Positions 28,966-41,527 of a stretch of DNA of 64,000 nucleotides are shown in pieces (position 1 is the first letter of the stretch; each line of letters starts with the position of its first letter). Both the position numbers and the translations under genes were made by a program. The notes beneath the pieces were generated by a model. That model was not told where the DNA came from. It did no database searches and was given only the letters and a program-made list of their open reading frames with translations. This DNA is from Gemmataceae bacterium (lineage in GTDB: Bacteria; Planctomycetota; Planctomycetia; Gemmatales; Gemmataceae). Where the stretch lies: NCBI GenBank assembly GCA_019636445.1, contig JAHBXO010000011.1, positions 39,997-103,996 of the forward strand. Reading direction: 5' to 3'.

Positions 28966-30003
28966 TTACGATTTCTCACCATCGCGCGGCAGGCTCGCCA
29001 GCAGCCGCCGCACGATCTCGTCGGGCGAAACCCCCTCGGACTCGGCCCCGTAGTTGGTAATTACCCGGTGCCGCAGGACCGGCGGGGCAACCGCCTTCAC
29101 GTCGTCGATCGCCACGTAGGTTCGACCGTAGAGAAGCGCCCGCGCCTTCGCGGCCAGGATCAGGCTTTGCCCGGCCCGCGGGCCGGCCCCCCAGGCCACA
29201 TACTTTTTCACGAACTCGGGCGCCGGGGTGCCCGCCTCCGCCGGCCGCGTGGAACGCACCAACCGCGCCGCGTAACGCATGACGTGCTCCGCCGCCGGCA
29301 CCTGCAAGACCAGTTCCTGCATCGCCAGCAATTCCGGACCCGAAATCACACGATCCAGCCGCGGCTTCCCCGGCGAGGTCGTCGCCTCGATGATGCGGAA
29401 CTCCTCGTTCTCGTCCGGGTAGCCTACGCGGATGTCGAACATGAAACGGTCCTGCTGCGCCTCCGGCAGCGGGTAGGTCCCTTCCTGTTCGATCGGGTTC
29501 TGCGTCGCGAGGACAAAGAACGGATCGGGCAGCTTGTGCCGCTGCCCCGCGACCGTCACCTGCCGCTCCTGCATCGCCTCCAGGAGCGCCGCCTGCGTCT
29601 TCGGCGGCGTCCGGTTGATCTCGTCCGCCAGCACGATGTTCGCGAACACCGGCCCGTGGACGAAGCGGAACGCCCGGCCGCCGGTGCTCTTGTCCTCCTG
29701 CAAAATGTCCGTGCCCGTAATGTCCGACGGCATCAGGTCCGGAGTGAACTGGATCCGGCTGAACGTCAGGTTCATCCCGTCCGCCAGCGTGCGCACCATC
29801 AGCGTCTTGGCGAGACCCGGCACGCCCACGAGCAGGCAGTGCCCACGCGCGAGGATCGCCAGTACGAGTTGTTCCAGCACATCGGACTGGCCGACGACCG
29901 CCTTGCCGCACTCGGCGAGCAGTCGCCGGACGGAATCCCGCAGGCGTTCGGCCGAGGCGAGCACGTCGGTTTCGAGCGCGATCGGCTCGGATTCGTTCGT
30001 CAT
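28966..30003 (-). CDS. MoxR family AAA+ ATPase
   Basis: GVPGLAKT, RIQFTPDLMPSD, DEINRTPPKTQAALLEAMQE, ATQNPIE, EAQQDRF. Confidence 0.93.
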   Translation of the reverse strand: MTNESEPIALETDVLASAERLRDSVRRLLAECGKAVVGQSDVLEQLVLAILARGHCLLVGVPGLAKTLMVRTLADGMNLTFSRIQFTPDLMPSDITGTDILQEDKSTGGRAFRFVHGPVFANIVLADEINRTPPKTQAALLEAMQERQVTVAGQRHKLPDPFFVLATQNPIEQEGTYPLPEAQQDRFMFDIRVGYPDENEEFRIIEATTSPGKPRLDRVISGPELLAMQELVLQVPAAEHVMRYAARLVRSTRPAEAGTPAPEFVKKYVAWGAGPRAGQSLILAAKARALLYGRTYVAIDDVKAVAPPVLRHRVITNYGAESEGVSPDEIVRRLLASLPRDGEKS

Positions 30004-30022
30004 CGTTGCGTTCCGCGAAGGG

Positions 30023-33000
30023 TCATCGGGTGAATCGGTGGAGTTCGCCGCCGGCGGCCATGTGGACGGCTTCCGGATCGAGCGACACGGCGGCCGCGCC
30101 GGTGGCGCGGAGTTCCAGCCGCTGTTGTACGTCGCCGGTGACGGGATCGACGAGCCGGATTGGTACGACGCGATCGAGCGAGCCGTGCCAGGCGGTGCCC
30201 AGCAACCCGGGCATCCGGCGCAGGTGCGGGAACCGTGCGAACGAACCAAGCGGGTCGACCGACTCGCGGGCGACGGCCTCGGCGGCGTAGACGAGCAGCC
30301 GATCGCGCACGGCGGCCACGCGCCAGCGGGCCGGCGGATCGAGCGGTCGCGACCATGCCGCGCGGCCGGTGTCCCTTCGAAACGCGACGAGCAACTCCCG
30401 CGTCGCCACAAGCAGGTGGTTCCGATCGATCGCGAGGGACTCGGCGTCGAATGCGGTGCCCGTGATCAGCGCCGGCGAAGTCCAGGCGCGTTTGCCGTCG
30501 CGCGGATCGAGACACTCGATCTCGCTCCCGTGATTGCGGCGCACGATCACGTACAGCCGTTGTTCCAATTTGCGGACTTCGGCCGGTTCGCCGGTCAGGC
30601 TCGACTCGGAGCCGAGCACGGCCGTCCAGTCGACGCGTCCGTCGGTGCGAAGCCGCGCGATCCGGTTCGGACCGTCGACCAGCGCGATCGCGTCGCCGTC
30701 GAGCGCCGCCGGCGGACCACGCCAGGGACGGTCGATCGTCGGATCTTCTCGAAGGTGAGCACCATAGCGAGTGTCGAGCAGCCAGCGCGTACCGTCGGAC
30801 CGTTGCGCGACGATCCGATCGCCGAAGCATGCCAACCCGACGAACGCGGGCATCGATTCGATCGCGTATGCAAGTTCCCGGCGTTCGTTCTTCGCATTGA
30901 GAACCCAGGCGATCGCGCCAGTGGAGCGATGAAGCGCGACGAGCGTATGCCCGCCGGATTGCACCAGAACTCCGGCGGGCAACGGCGCGACCGTGCGGAT
31001 GTCGGCGATATCGCGCCTCCACTGGCTTTGGCCCGAAACGGGATCGACGAGCGAAATCGTACTTTCGTTGAAGAGTAGGACCCGCTTCTCGAGCCAACGG
31101 ACAGCGCTCGCGTCGTCCATCGGCAAGCGGATCGATCCGCCGTTCGCGTCGACACATTCCACGACCGTGCCTGCACGGCGAATCAACCGCACGACGCCGT
31201 CGACGACGTGCGGCGTTTCCAGATTGACGGTGGGCAGCGGGGATTTCGCCGAGATCCGTTCGAGCTTTGTCGGTGAACCGAGCGAGGGCGGGATCGGCTC
31301 GAGTGGCGGCGCGGCTGAGGGCTGACCCGCCGGCAACGGATCCGCTTTGCCGAGCACGAGCGGCGGCGGCGTGGGCGGTTCCTTCGGAATGGAATCGAGG
31401 ACGTAGCCGCGCAGTTCGTTCGGCGCGGCGACGAGCAGCGTTCCGTTCGCGAAGGCGAGGTTGCCGTGTGGCCCGCGGACGGGTTGGGCGGCGACGGTGC
31501 CATCGGCGAGGCGGAGACAATAGAGGGCAGTGGCCGTCGGCCAGAGAATGTGGTCGTCCGCCAGTAGCCCGCGGCCGAACGTCGGGAGGAATGGATCGTC
31601 GTGGTTGCGCCAGCCGCGGGGAAAATCGCAGGAGCCGGTGGTGGTGTCGTAGGCGCGGAGTCCGCGTTGGGGACCGGCGATTGCGGCGACGACCTTGCCA
31701 TTGGCCGCGCCGATCAGATGGTCGAACAGGATCGGTCCGTCGCTCCAGAGCAACGCACCGGTTTCGGCATCGAAGGCGAAGAGGTGGTCGGCGTCGTTGG
31801 GCGCGACGAAGACGCGACCATCGGCGGCGACGGGGGGCGAAAGGTCGCGGTGGCGTCCATCGGCGGGATAGCGACGGATGCGCGGATAGCGATAGGCCCA
31901 TGCGGGCTTGCCGGTCCGGGTGTTGACGGCGGCAACGACGCCGGAGTGGGAGCAGAAAACGACATTCCGACCGGCGAGCGTGAGCAGTTCGTGCCGGGTG
32001 CGCGATTCGGCCGCGCCGGTTTCGCACACATCAACGATCCATGCGGGTCGGTCGGCCTCGCCGCGGTAGCAGGCGATGGCGTGGATCGTGCGGCCGGCAT
32101 CGGAGCGGACGAATGCGGCATAGAGTTCGCCCCCGGCGATCACCGGCGCGCCCTCCCAGGACGCGGGTACGCCTTCGGGCACGGGGGGGAATCGCTGCCA
32201 GAGGATCGTGGCCGGGGCCGCGTCGGTCGATGGTGCGAGGGCCACAAGCACGCTCGGCCGCGGGTTCGGCGCGTCGCCGTCCTCCGCCACCGGGAAGATC
32301 ATGGGTTCGCCGACACGGAGTACGAGACGACCGTCGGCGGCGGCGAGCGTGTAATCGGCATCGACGGGCGAAGGCACGCCGAGGGCGGACGCGGGAACAC
32401 GCGGCAGTGCGATGCGAGTCGGATCGAACGCGAGACGCATGGCACCGGTTTGCGGATCGACCGCGAAGACGCGACCGGCATCGGCGAGATAGGCGGTTCC
32501 GTTCAAGATCACCGGATGGAACGCAAGCGACTTGACCGGTCCGACGCTGGGCGGTCGACCGGCCAGACCGCGCCAACCCGGCACTGCGCGGGGGATTGGC
32601 GTCGTCCAGGTCGGCCGCGCCGGCCAGTGTTTGGGAATGGATGCCCCAGTTCGCCCGTCCCGTGATGGCGAACCCCCGAGCGCCGACCAATCCTCGCCTG
32701 CTTCGATCCGATGCTCCGCCGGTCGCGCGTTCGCCAGTGCGGTGAGTATTTCGAGGTATGGTCCGGTCCGTCCGGCCACGCGGCCTTCCGCGCCGGGGTA
32801 TCGCTTTTCGAATGACTCCAGCATCGCCCCGGCGGCGTGGCGGTCGCCGCGGAGAATCGTCGCGGCCAGAATTCTTGCTTCGATGTCCGCCGGTTTCGCA
32901 CGGGGCGAGGGATACTTCCCTTCGGAATCGGGCAGGAGTTTGCGCCAGTATTGTTCAGCCACGCCGAACTCGCCGCGCTCGAACGCCAACTCGGCCAACA

Positions 33001-33421
33001 GCAGGATCGCGTCTTCGGCTGGCCGGCTGACCGCGTAGCGGTCCAGAAGTTGCCGCAGGAGTTCGGGATCGCGTCGTTCCCGGCCACGCGCCAACAGGCG
33101 CGACGCTGGTTCCTCGACTCGATCGCGATAGCGTTTCAGCGCGGCGTCCGGCAGCGTGGCGAGGAAGCGATGGACATAGTGCCGCGCCGACGAGAACTGT
33201 TTGCCGTCCGCCGTCACAAGGTCGTCACCGGAGTCGTCAGCGATTCGCAACAGTTCATCGAGCGCGTCGGCGGTCTGGCCCGCCCGGATCTTCTGCTCCG
33301 CCTCGGCGAGCCGTTTGCGCGTCGTGGTCGATTCCCCGCGCACGTTGGCGGAATCCGGCCCGTCAGCGGCCCACGCCGACCCGACCGCGAACACCAGGGC
33401 CAGCGCAACGGAACGGATCAC
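30023..33421 (-). CDS. Large secreted TPR-like plus PQQ-like beta-propeller protein
   Basis: GTG start with signal peptide (VIRSVALALVFAVGSAWAA); helical N-terminus, WSALGGSPSRDG, repeated propeller W motifs. Confidence 0.7.
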   Translation of the reverse strand: MIRSVALALVFAVGSAWAADGPDSANVRGESTTTRKRLAEAEQKIRAGQTADALDELLRIADDSGDDLVTADGKQFSSARHYVHRFLATLPDAALKRYRDRVEEPASRLLARGRERRDPELLRQLLDRYAVSRPAEDAILLLAELAFERGEFGVAEQYWRKLLPDSEGKYPSPRAKPADIEARILAATILRGDRHAAGAMLESFEKRYPGAEGRVAGRTGPYLEILTALANARPAEHRIEAGEDWSALGGSPSRDGRTGASIPKHWPARPTWTTPIPRAVPGWRGLAGRPPSVGPVKSLAFHPVILNGTAYLADAGRVFAVDPQTGAMRLAFDPTRIALPRVPASALGVPSPVDADYTLAAADGRLVLRVGEPMIFPVAEDGDAPNPRPSVLVALAPSTDAAPATILWQRFPPVPEGVPASWEGAPVIAGGELYAAFVRSDAGRTIHAIACYRGEADRPAWIVDVCETGAAESRTRHELLTLAGRNVVFCSHSGVVAAVNTRTGKPAWAYRYPRIRRYPADGRHRDLSPPVAADGRVFVAPNDADHLFAFDAETGALLWSDGPILFDHLIGAANGKVVAAIAGPQRGLRAYDTTTGSCDFPRGWRNHDDPFLPTFGRGLLADDHILWPTATALYCLRLADGTVAAQPVRGPHGNLAFANGTLLVAAPNELRGYVLDSIPKEPPTPPPLVLGKADPLPAGQPSAAPPLEPIPPSLGSPTKLERISAKSPLPTVNLETPHVVDGVVRLIRRAGTVVECVDANGGSIRLPMDDASAVRWLEKRVLLFNESTISLVDPVSGQSQWRRDIADIRTVAPLPAGVLVQSGGHTLVALHRSTGAIAWVLNAKNERRELAYAIESMPAFVGLACFGDRIVAQRSDGTRWLLDTRYGAHLREDPTIDRPWRGPPAALDGDAIALVDGPNRIARLRTDGRVDWTAVLGSESSLTGEPAEVRKLEQRLYVIVRRNHGSEIECLDPRDGKRAWTSPALITGTAFDAESLAIDRNHLLVATRELLVAFRRDTGRAAWSRPLDPPARWRVAAVRDRLLVYAAEAVARESVDPLGSFARFPHLRRMPGLLGTAWHGSLDRVVPIRLVDPVTGDVQQRLELRATGAAAVSLDPEAVHMAAGGELHRFTR

Positions 33422-34443
33422 GGCAGGGGGATCTCCTTGAGCCGGAACTTCACGGGGAATTCGACGAGCGGTGCCGGGGCCTCGTACACGACTTTCCAAC
33501 CCTCCCGGTTCGACAAGTCGGCTGCCTTGAACGCGTAGCGGTACGCCGCGCGGACCGTGCGGCCGACCGCGCCAGCGTCCTGGTTTTCCGGCTCGGCGAC
33601 GACGCGGCCGTTCGGCGCCAAAAGTCGCAGGGCGTTTCGGTTCGTCCACGATTCGAAGCTTTCGAACACCGGCGGATCCGCCGGGTACACGACGACCAGC
33701 GACAACTCCCATACCTCGTCCCGTTTCTTGACCGGTTGCAGCGTCGCCTTCACGCCGTCGAGTTCCACCGTGGCGGGGAGTTTCGTCAGGTCGGCGAACT
33801 CGAAGGCGAGCATCTTCGGGCTCGCGGTTACGGTGAATTCGCCGTCGAAGGCGGCGATGGACTTGGCGGGTCGGGCGAGGCCGTCAATTCGAACGTCGGC
33901 GACGTGCGAGTAGCCGGCGACGGCGCCTTTCACCGACGCTGTCTTCACGGTGAGTGCCGTGCCGCGGTCATCGACTGCGCGGGAGACACGCGGCTGTGCA
34001 TCAATGCGGAAGACGGGAAATCGCGGCTCCCAGTGGACGTCCAGCGCGAGCGAGTACGACACTTCCCCGGTTGCTCCGTCGAGTTTCGCGGAGACCCCCT
34101 GCACCGCCACGCGGAACGCGCCGTCCAAACTCGCGGCCGTTTTGGCCGGCCCTTTCGCGAAGGAAATCGACCGGTTCGCCCCGTTCACGATGAGTCGCGT
34201 ACCGGTCTGATCGGCAAGCGATTCCAAGGAACTCCAAAATGTGGCGGCGGCGGGGGGAGTGAACTGGGAGGCCGGATTGAGTGTTCCAGCCTGGATTTTC
34301 AAGCCGGTTTGCTTTTCGATCCGGTCGAACAGCGCGGCGGCGGTCTTTGTACCGTCGAGTTTCAATCGTGTGGGTGATATCGGCTGTGCCGACGCCCACG
34401 GTGACACGATCAGAAGTATGAGAACGCTCGTGCGGTAGGTCAT
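33418..34443 (-). CDS. Secreted hypothetical protein
   Basis: Signal peptide; WEPRFPVFRI segment; GTGA overlap with the downstream gene. Confidence 0.65.
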   Translation of the reverse strand: MTYRTSVLILLIVSPWASAQPISPTRLKLDGTKTAAALFDRIEKQTGLKIQAGTLNPASQFTPPAAATFWSSLESLADQTGTRLIVNGANRSISFAKGPAKTAASLDGAFRVAVQGVSAKLDGATGEVSYSLALDVHWEPRFPVFRIDAQPRVSRAVDDRGTALTVKTASVKGAVAGYSHVADVRIDGLARPAKSIAAFDGEFTVTASPKMLAFEFADLTKLPATVELDGVKATLQPVKKRDEVWELSLVVVYPADPPVFESFESWTNRNALRLLAPNGRVVAEPENQDAGAVGRTVRAAYRYAFKAADLSNREGWKVVYEAPAPLVEFPVKFRLKEIPLP

Positions 34444-34611
34444 GGGACGGCCGGGTGAGTCGCCGCCGGTTCATCTCGCATCGTATGGACGGCGGGAAAC
34501 AGCTATCCTATCCTATCAGTGTATTTGCGAATCATCAGCGGACCTCGCCAGACACGCTCGCGTTGAAGACTTTCGCCGCCTATCGGCCTGCCGCTCCCCT
34601 GGGGTGACTCG

Positions 34612-37410
<2,799 letters not shown>

Positions 37411-37476
37411 TGCCATTGTCGCTTGTGCGATTGGGAGGCGTGCGTATCGTAGAGATAAGAGCATTTGGAGATCGCC

Positions 37477-37734
37477 ATGATCCAGTCCTACGCGGCGACC
37501 TTGTTGAACGGCCAGATTCAGTGGGGCAGCGGAGGGCCGCCCGCGGTGCCCCCGAACGTCGGCGTGCCGGTACAAGTGACGATCGGTTTCGGCCGTCGCG
37601 CCAGCGACGGCCCGGCCATGGCCGCCGCATTGGAACAGATCGCGTCCCACGGCGGCGCGGCCGAGTTCGGCGATCCCGTGGCGTGGCAGGCTGCGACGCG
37701 AACCGATCGACCGCTCCCGGGGCGAGAGGAATGA
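37477..37734 (+). CDS. Putative antitoxin
   Basis: Small ORF after GGAG, ATGA overlap with the PIN gene; C-terminal DPVAWQ...DRPLPGRE. Confidence 0.6.
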   Translation: MIQSYAATLLNGQIQWGSGGPPAVPPNVGVPVQVTIGFGRRASDGPAMAAALEQIASHGGAAEFGDPVAWQAATRTDRPLPGREE

Positions 37735-38108
37735 TCTTCGACAGCAATCTCGTGATACTCGGCGCACGCCCCGATTATCCGGGATTGCTTCGCCTGATGC
37801 GATCGCTGGCCCCCGCCGTATCCGCCGTGACCGTGATCGAAGTACTCGGTTATCACAAACTCTCGTCGGAGACCAAAAGCGGATTCGAGGCGTTTTTCCG
37901 ATCCACCGATGTCCTGCCGATTACCGAACCCGTGGTCGGTCGCGCCGTCGCGTTGCGCCAGGCCCGAAAGATGACGCTGGGCGACGCGATCGTCGCGGCC
38001 ACCGCGCTCGAATACGATCCGGTGCTGTACACTCACAATCCCAAGGATTTTCACGGAATCGCGGGTTTGACGGTGATCGACCCCGTCGCGTCTGGCGATT
38101 CGCCGTGA
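37731..38108 (+). CDS. vapC: PIN-domain (VapC-like) toxin
   Basis: IFDSNLVI, TVIEVL, TLGDAIVAATAL, THNPKDF: the PIN acidic residues. Confidence 0.85.
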   Translation: MIFDSNLVILGARPDYPGLLRLMRSLAPAVSAVTVIEVLGYHKLSSETKSGFEAFFRSTDVLPITEPVVGRAVALRQARKMTLGDAIVAATALEYDPVLYTHNPKDFHGIAGLTVIDPVASGDSP

Positions 38109-38138
38109 TCGAATGTTTCTTTTTGCAAAGGTTCCTCG

Positions 38139-39746
38139 ATGGAATTCCGTCTCCCTCCGCTCGGTGAAGGCATTGACTCGGCCACGGTCGTCGGCGTGCT
38201 GGTGAAGGCCGGCGATGCCGTGAAGCCGGGCCAGAACGTGCTCGCCGTCGAGACAGACAAGGCGGCAATGGAAGTGGCGGTGGAATCGGCCGGGGCCGTC
38301 GGGCAGGTTCACGTCAAGGTCGGCGACAAGCTGCCGGTCGGCGGTCTGGTGCTGACCCTCTCCGGCGCAGGGGCCGCACCCGCTTCACCGCCGGCCGCCG
38401 CTCCGGCACCGAAAGTCGAAACACCCGCCCCAGCTCCCACCGCGTCATCCGCAACCGGTTCCGTCGAATTCAAGCTGCCGGCGCTCGGGGAAGGGATCGA
38501 CGCAGCCACGGTCGTTGGCGTGTTGGTGAAGGCCGGCGACGCGGTGAAAGCCGGGCAGAACGTCCTCGCCGTTGAGACCGACAAGGCCGCCGTCGAAGTG
38601 CCAGTCGAGTTCGCGGGTACAGTCGATGCCGTTCACGTGAAGGTCGGCGACAAGATCCCGGTCGGGAAGGCCGTGTTAACGCTTCGCGCGATGGGAGCCG
38701 CACCGGTATCGACATCGGCCCCAGCCGCCGCGGCTTCGCCCGTTGCTTCCGTTCCCTCCGCCAATGGTTCGCCGAAAGTCGCCGCCCCCGCCGCCGTGGC
38801 AACCGCTCCCGCGAAGAAGGACCTCACCCCCGCCGGCCCGGCCACGCGCAAGCTGGCCCGAGAACTGGGAGTCGCTCTGGCCGAGGTCAAGCCCACGGGT
38901 CGCGGTGGCCGCGTGACGCTCGACGACGTGAAGGGCTTCGTGAAGGCCGAACGGACCGCGAAGAAGCCCGGCGGCGGGAGCATGTCCGGCGGCACCGTCG
39001 CCGACAGCTTCGCACACCCGGCCCTGCCCGACTTCGCCAAGTTCGGCGAGATCGAGAAGAAGGCCGTCTCGAACATCCGCATGGCCATCGCGCGGAACCT
39101 CACCGTCGCGGTTCGCACGATGCCGACGGTGACGCAGAACGACATCGCCGACATCACCGACCTCGAGGCCGGCCGCAAGCGGATCGTCGAGAACCTGCCG
39201 AAGGGTGCCCCGAAGATCACCTGGACCGTGCTGGCCGTGAAGGCGGTCGTCGCCGTGCTGAAGGAGTTCCCGCACTTCAACAGCAGCTTCGACATGAACC
39301 ACCAGGAACTGATCCTGAAGAAGTACTTCAACATCGGCATCGCCGTGGACACCGAGCGAGGCCTCGTCGTGCCGGTCATCAAGGACGCGGACAAGAAATC
39401 CATCCGCGACATCGCCGTGGACGTGGCGACGATCGCCGACAAGGCCCGCACCGGCAAGCTGACCATCGACGAGATGCGCGGCGGCACCTTCACGATCACG
39501 AATCTCGGCGGCATCGGCGGAACGAGCTTCACGCCGATCGTGAACTACCCCGAAGTGGCGATCCTCGGCCTGTCGAAATCGACGATGCAGCCCGTGGTGA
39601 AGGACGGCGCGATCGTGCCGCGGCTGATGATGCCGATGTCGTTGACGTACGACCACCGCGTCATCGACGGCGCCGACGGGGCGCGGTTCACCTCGCGGCT
39701 GGCTCAATTGTTCAGCGATCCGATCCGATTGCTGATGGAGAGTTGA
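38139..39746 (+). CDS. aceF: Dihydrolipoamide acetyltransferase E2 with two lipoyl domains
   Basis: Two ETDKA lipoyl motifs, E3-binding GPATRKLARELG, GTFTITNLGGIG, DHRVIDGA. Confidence 0.95.
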   Translation: MEFRLPPLGEGIDSATVVGVLVKAGDAVKPGQNVLAVETDKAAMEVAVESAGAVGQVHVKVGDKLPVGGLVLTLSGAGAAPASPPAAAPAPKVETPAPAPTASSATGSVEFKLPALGEGIDAATVVGVLVKAGDAVKAGQNVLAVETDKAAVEVPVEFAGTVDAVHVKVGDKIPVGKAVLTLRAMGAAPVSTSAPAAAASPVASVPSANGSPKVAAPAAVATAPAKKDLTPAGPATRKLARELGVALAEVKPTGRGGRVTLDDVKGFVKAERTAKKPGGGSMSGGTVADSFAHPALPDFAKFGEIEKKAVSNIRMAIARNLTVAVRTMPTVTQNDIADITDLEAGRKRIVENLPKGAPKITWTVLAVKAVVAVLKEFPHFNSSFDMNHQELILKKYFNIGIAVDTERGLVVPVIKDADKKSIRDIAVDVATIADKARTGKLTIDEMRGGTFTITNLGGIGGTSFTPIVNYPEVAILGLSKSTMQPVVKDGAIVPRLMMPMSLTYDHRVIDGADGARFTSRLAQLFSDPIRLLMES

Positions 39747-39837
39747 TACTACTCGACGAGCACGTCCTGATCAGCCCTCGACGGTCGCGAATTTGCCATA
39801 AGTCGTTACCGGGCCAGTATGGTTCCGGAATTGTTGA

Positions 39838-39877
39838 GTGGGTCCGCGGAGGGGTGGCGCAGGCGCGGCGGACCCAC
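39838..39877. repeat. REP-like inverted repeat
   Basis: GTGGGTCCGC-N20-GCGGACCCAC, perfect 10-bp stem between aceF and pyrD. Confidence 0.55.
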
Positions 39878-39895
39878 GCATGAGAATTGAAATCC

Positions 39896-40885
39896 ATGTA
39901 CTCGCTGCTCCGGCCGTTGCTCTTTTCGCTGAACGCTGAGACTGCCCACAACCTCGCCCTGCGTTCCACGTCCCTTCTCTCCCGGCTGACACCGCTCGCG
40001 AAGCTTCTCCACTCGGTCGTCGCCCCGTTCGATCCCGTGACGGTCGCCGGCCTGACCTTTCCGAACCGCGTCGGACTTGCGGGCGGCATGGACAAGAACG
40101 GCGTCGCGCCGGCGGCGTGGTGGGCGTTCGGATTCGGGTTCGTCGAACTCGGCACCGTCACGCCGCGACCGCAGGCCGGCAACGACAAACCCCGCATGTG
40201 GCGGGACGTGAAGCGGCGGGCGCTGTTCAATCGCATGGGCTTCAACAACGACGGCGCCGACGCCGTGGCCGCACGGCTCGCGAAGCTGAAGTTCCGCCCG
40301 CCGTTCCCAATCGGCGTCAGCATTGGCAAGAACAAGGACACGCCGAACGAGCGGGCCGAGGACGACTACCGGATCGCCGGAGAGAAGCTGGCCCCGCACG
40401 CGGACTTCCTCACGATCAATGTCAGTTCGCCGAACACGGCCGGCCTGCGGGCGCTCCAGACGGCCGAGGCGATGGGTGGGATCGTGAAGGCGGTGAAGAG
40501 CGTCTGCGGGTCGAAGCCGCTGTTCGTAAAGTTCGCCCCGGAGTTGACCGGCGATGAGTTGAAGGCGGTGCTGGACGCGTGCCTCGCGGCCGGAGCGACG
40601 GGGATCATCGGCACGAACACGCTCGCGGCCACGTCGCCGACGGGGCTGCCGTGCGGCGAGAGCGGGCGGCCTCTGAAGAGCATCGCGTGTGAACGGGTCC
40701 GGGAAATTCGCCAGCACATCGGCCGCGGCGTTCCGCTGATCGGCGTCGGCGGCATCGAGGACGGCGACTCGGCCCGCGCGATGCTCGCCGCCGGCGCGGA
40801 CCTGACCCAGATCTACAGCGCGCTCGTCTTCCAGGGGCCGTTCCTGGCCGCGCGGCTCGCGCGGGACTTGAAGCGATCTCGTTGA
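39896..40885 (+). CDS. pyrD: Dihydroorotate dehydrogenase (quinone), class 2
   Basis: GLAGGMDKN, GTVTPRPQAGN, NRMGFNN, NVSSPNT, GVGGI, QIYSA. Confidence 0.93.
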   Translation: MYSLLRPLLFSLNAETAHNLALRSTSLLSRLTPLAKLLHSVVAPFDPVTVAGLTFPNRVGLAGGMDKNGVAPAAWWAFGFGFVELGTVTPRPQAGNDKPRMWRDVKRRALFNRMGFNNDGADAVAARLAKLKFRPPFPIGVSIGKNKDTPNERAEDDYRIAGEKLAPHADFLTINVSSPNTAGLRALQTAEAMGGIVKAVKSVCGSKPLFVKFAPELTGDELKAVLDACLAAGATGIIGTNTLAATSPTGLPCGESGRPLKSIACERVREIRQHIGRGVPLIGVGGIEDGDSARAMLAAGADLTQIYSALVFQGPFLAARLARDLKRSR

Positions 40886-40886
40886 G

Positions 40887-41435
40887 TCAATGATTTTTCG
40901 TTGCCACGAACAACACGGGCGAAGTCGGCGATTCGCCGCCGGGGATCTCCTCGACGGCGAACTCCTTCATCGAATTCAATTTCTCCCGCACCGCGTCCGT
41001 CTCCTCCGTACCGCCGGGGTGCCCGCGATAGCCGATCACGGTGAGCACCCCACCGGGCACGAGGATGCTCGCGGCCGCCGCGATCGCGGGGATGGTAGAC
41101 TCACGCCGCGTCGTGACGGTCTTGTCCCCGCCCGGCAGGTAGCCGAGGTTGAAGCAGACGACTCGCACCGAGCCGGTCACGAACTCCGCAATCTTGCGGT
41201 GGTCGTCGAAATACAGTCTGGCATCCAGGAACCCCGCGTCGTCGAGTCGTTGCCGGGCGGCGAAGAGCGCATCGGGCTGCACGTCGAAGCCGATCACGCG
41301 GCCGGTCGGGCCGACGAGCCGGGCAAGTACGAGCGTGTCGTGCCCGTTGCCGACGGTGGCGTCCACGGCCGTGTCGCCGGGCCGGAGCACCGCCCGCCAG
41401 CGTTCGTGTGCAAGCTCCGTGAGGCGAATCATCAT
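40887..41435 (-). CDS. SAM-dependent methyltransferase, MnmM/YtqB (putative rRNA methylase) family
   Basis: AVDATVGNGHDT, VIGFDVQ, DDH, FNLGYLPGGDK, YRGHPGG. Confidence 0.85.
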   Translation of the reverse strand: MMIRLTELAHERWRAVLRPGDTAVDATVGNGHDTLVLARLVGPTGRVIGFDVQPDALFAARQRLDDAGFLDARLYFDDHRKIAEFVTGSVRVVCFNLGYLPGGDKTVTTRRESTIPAIAAAASILVPGGVLTVIGYRGHPGGTEETDAVREKLNSMKEFAVEEIPGGESPTSPVLFVATKNH

Positions 41436-41527
41436 CGTGTCCCGTCGGAAAACGGTTCCGCCGCCACCGCGCCACCCTTCCGCGGAAAGACTCCCGATTT
41501 CCGTTACCGTACTGGCCCGCAAACGAC

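Noticed and set aside
38139-38700. Near-identical direct DNA repeat of about 230 bp
   Set aside because: Explained by the two lipoyl domains of AceF.
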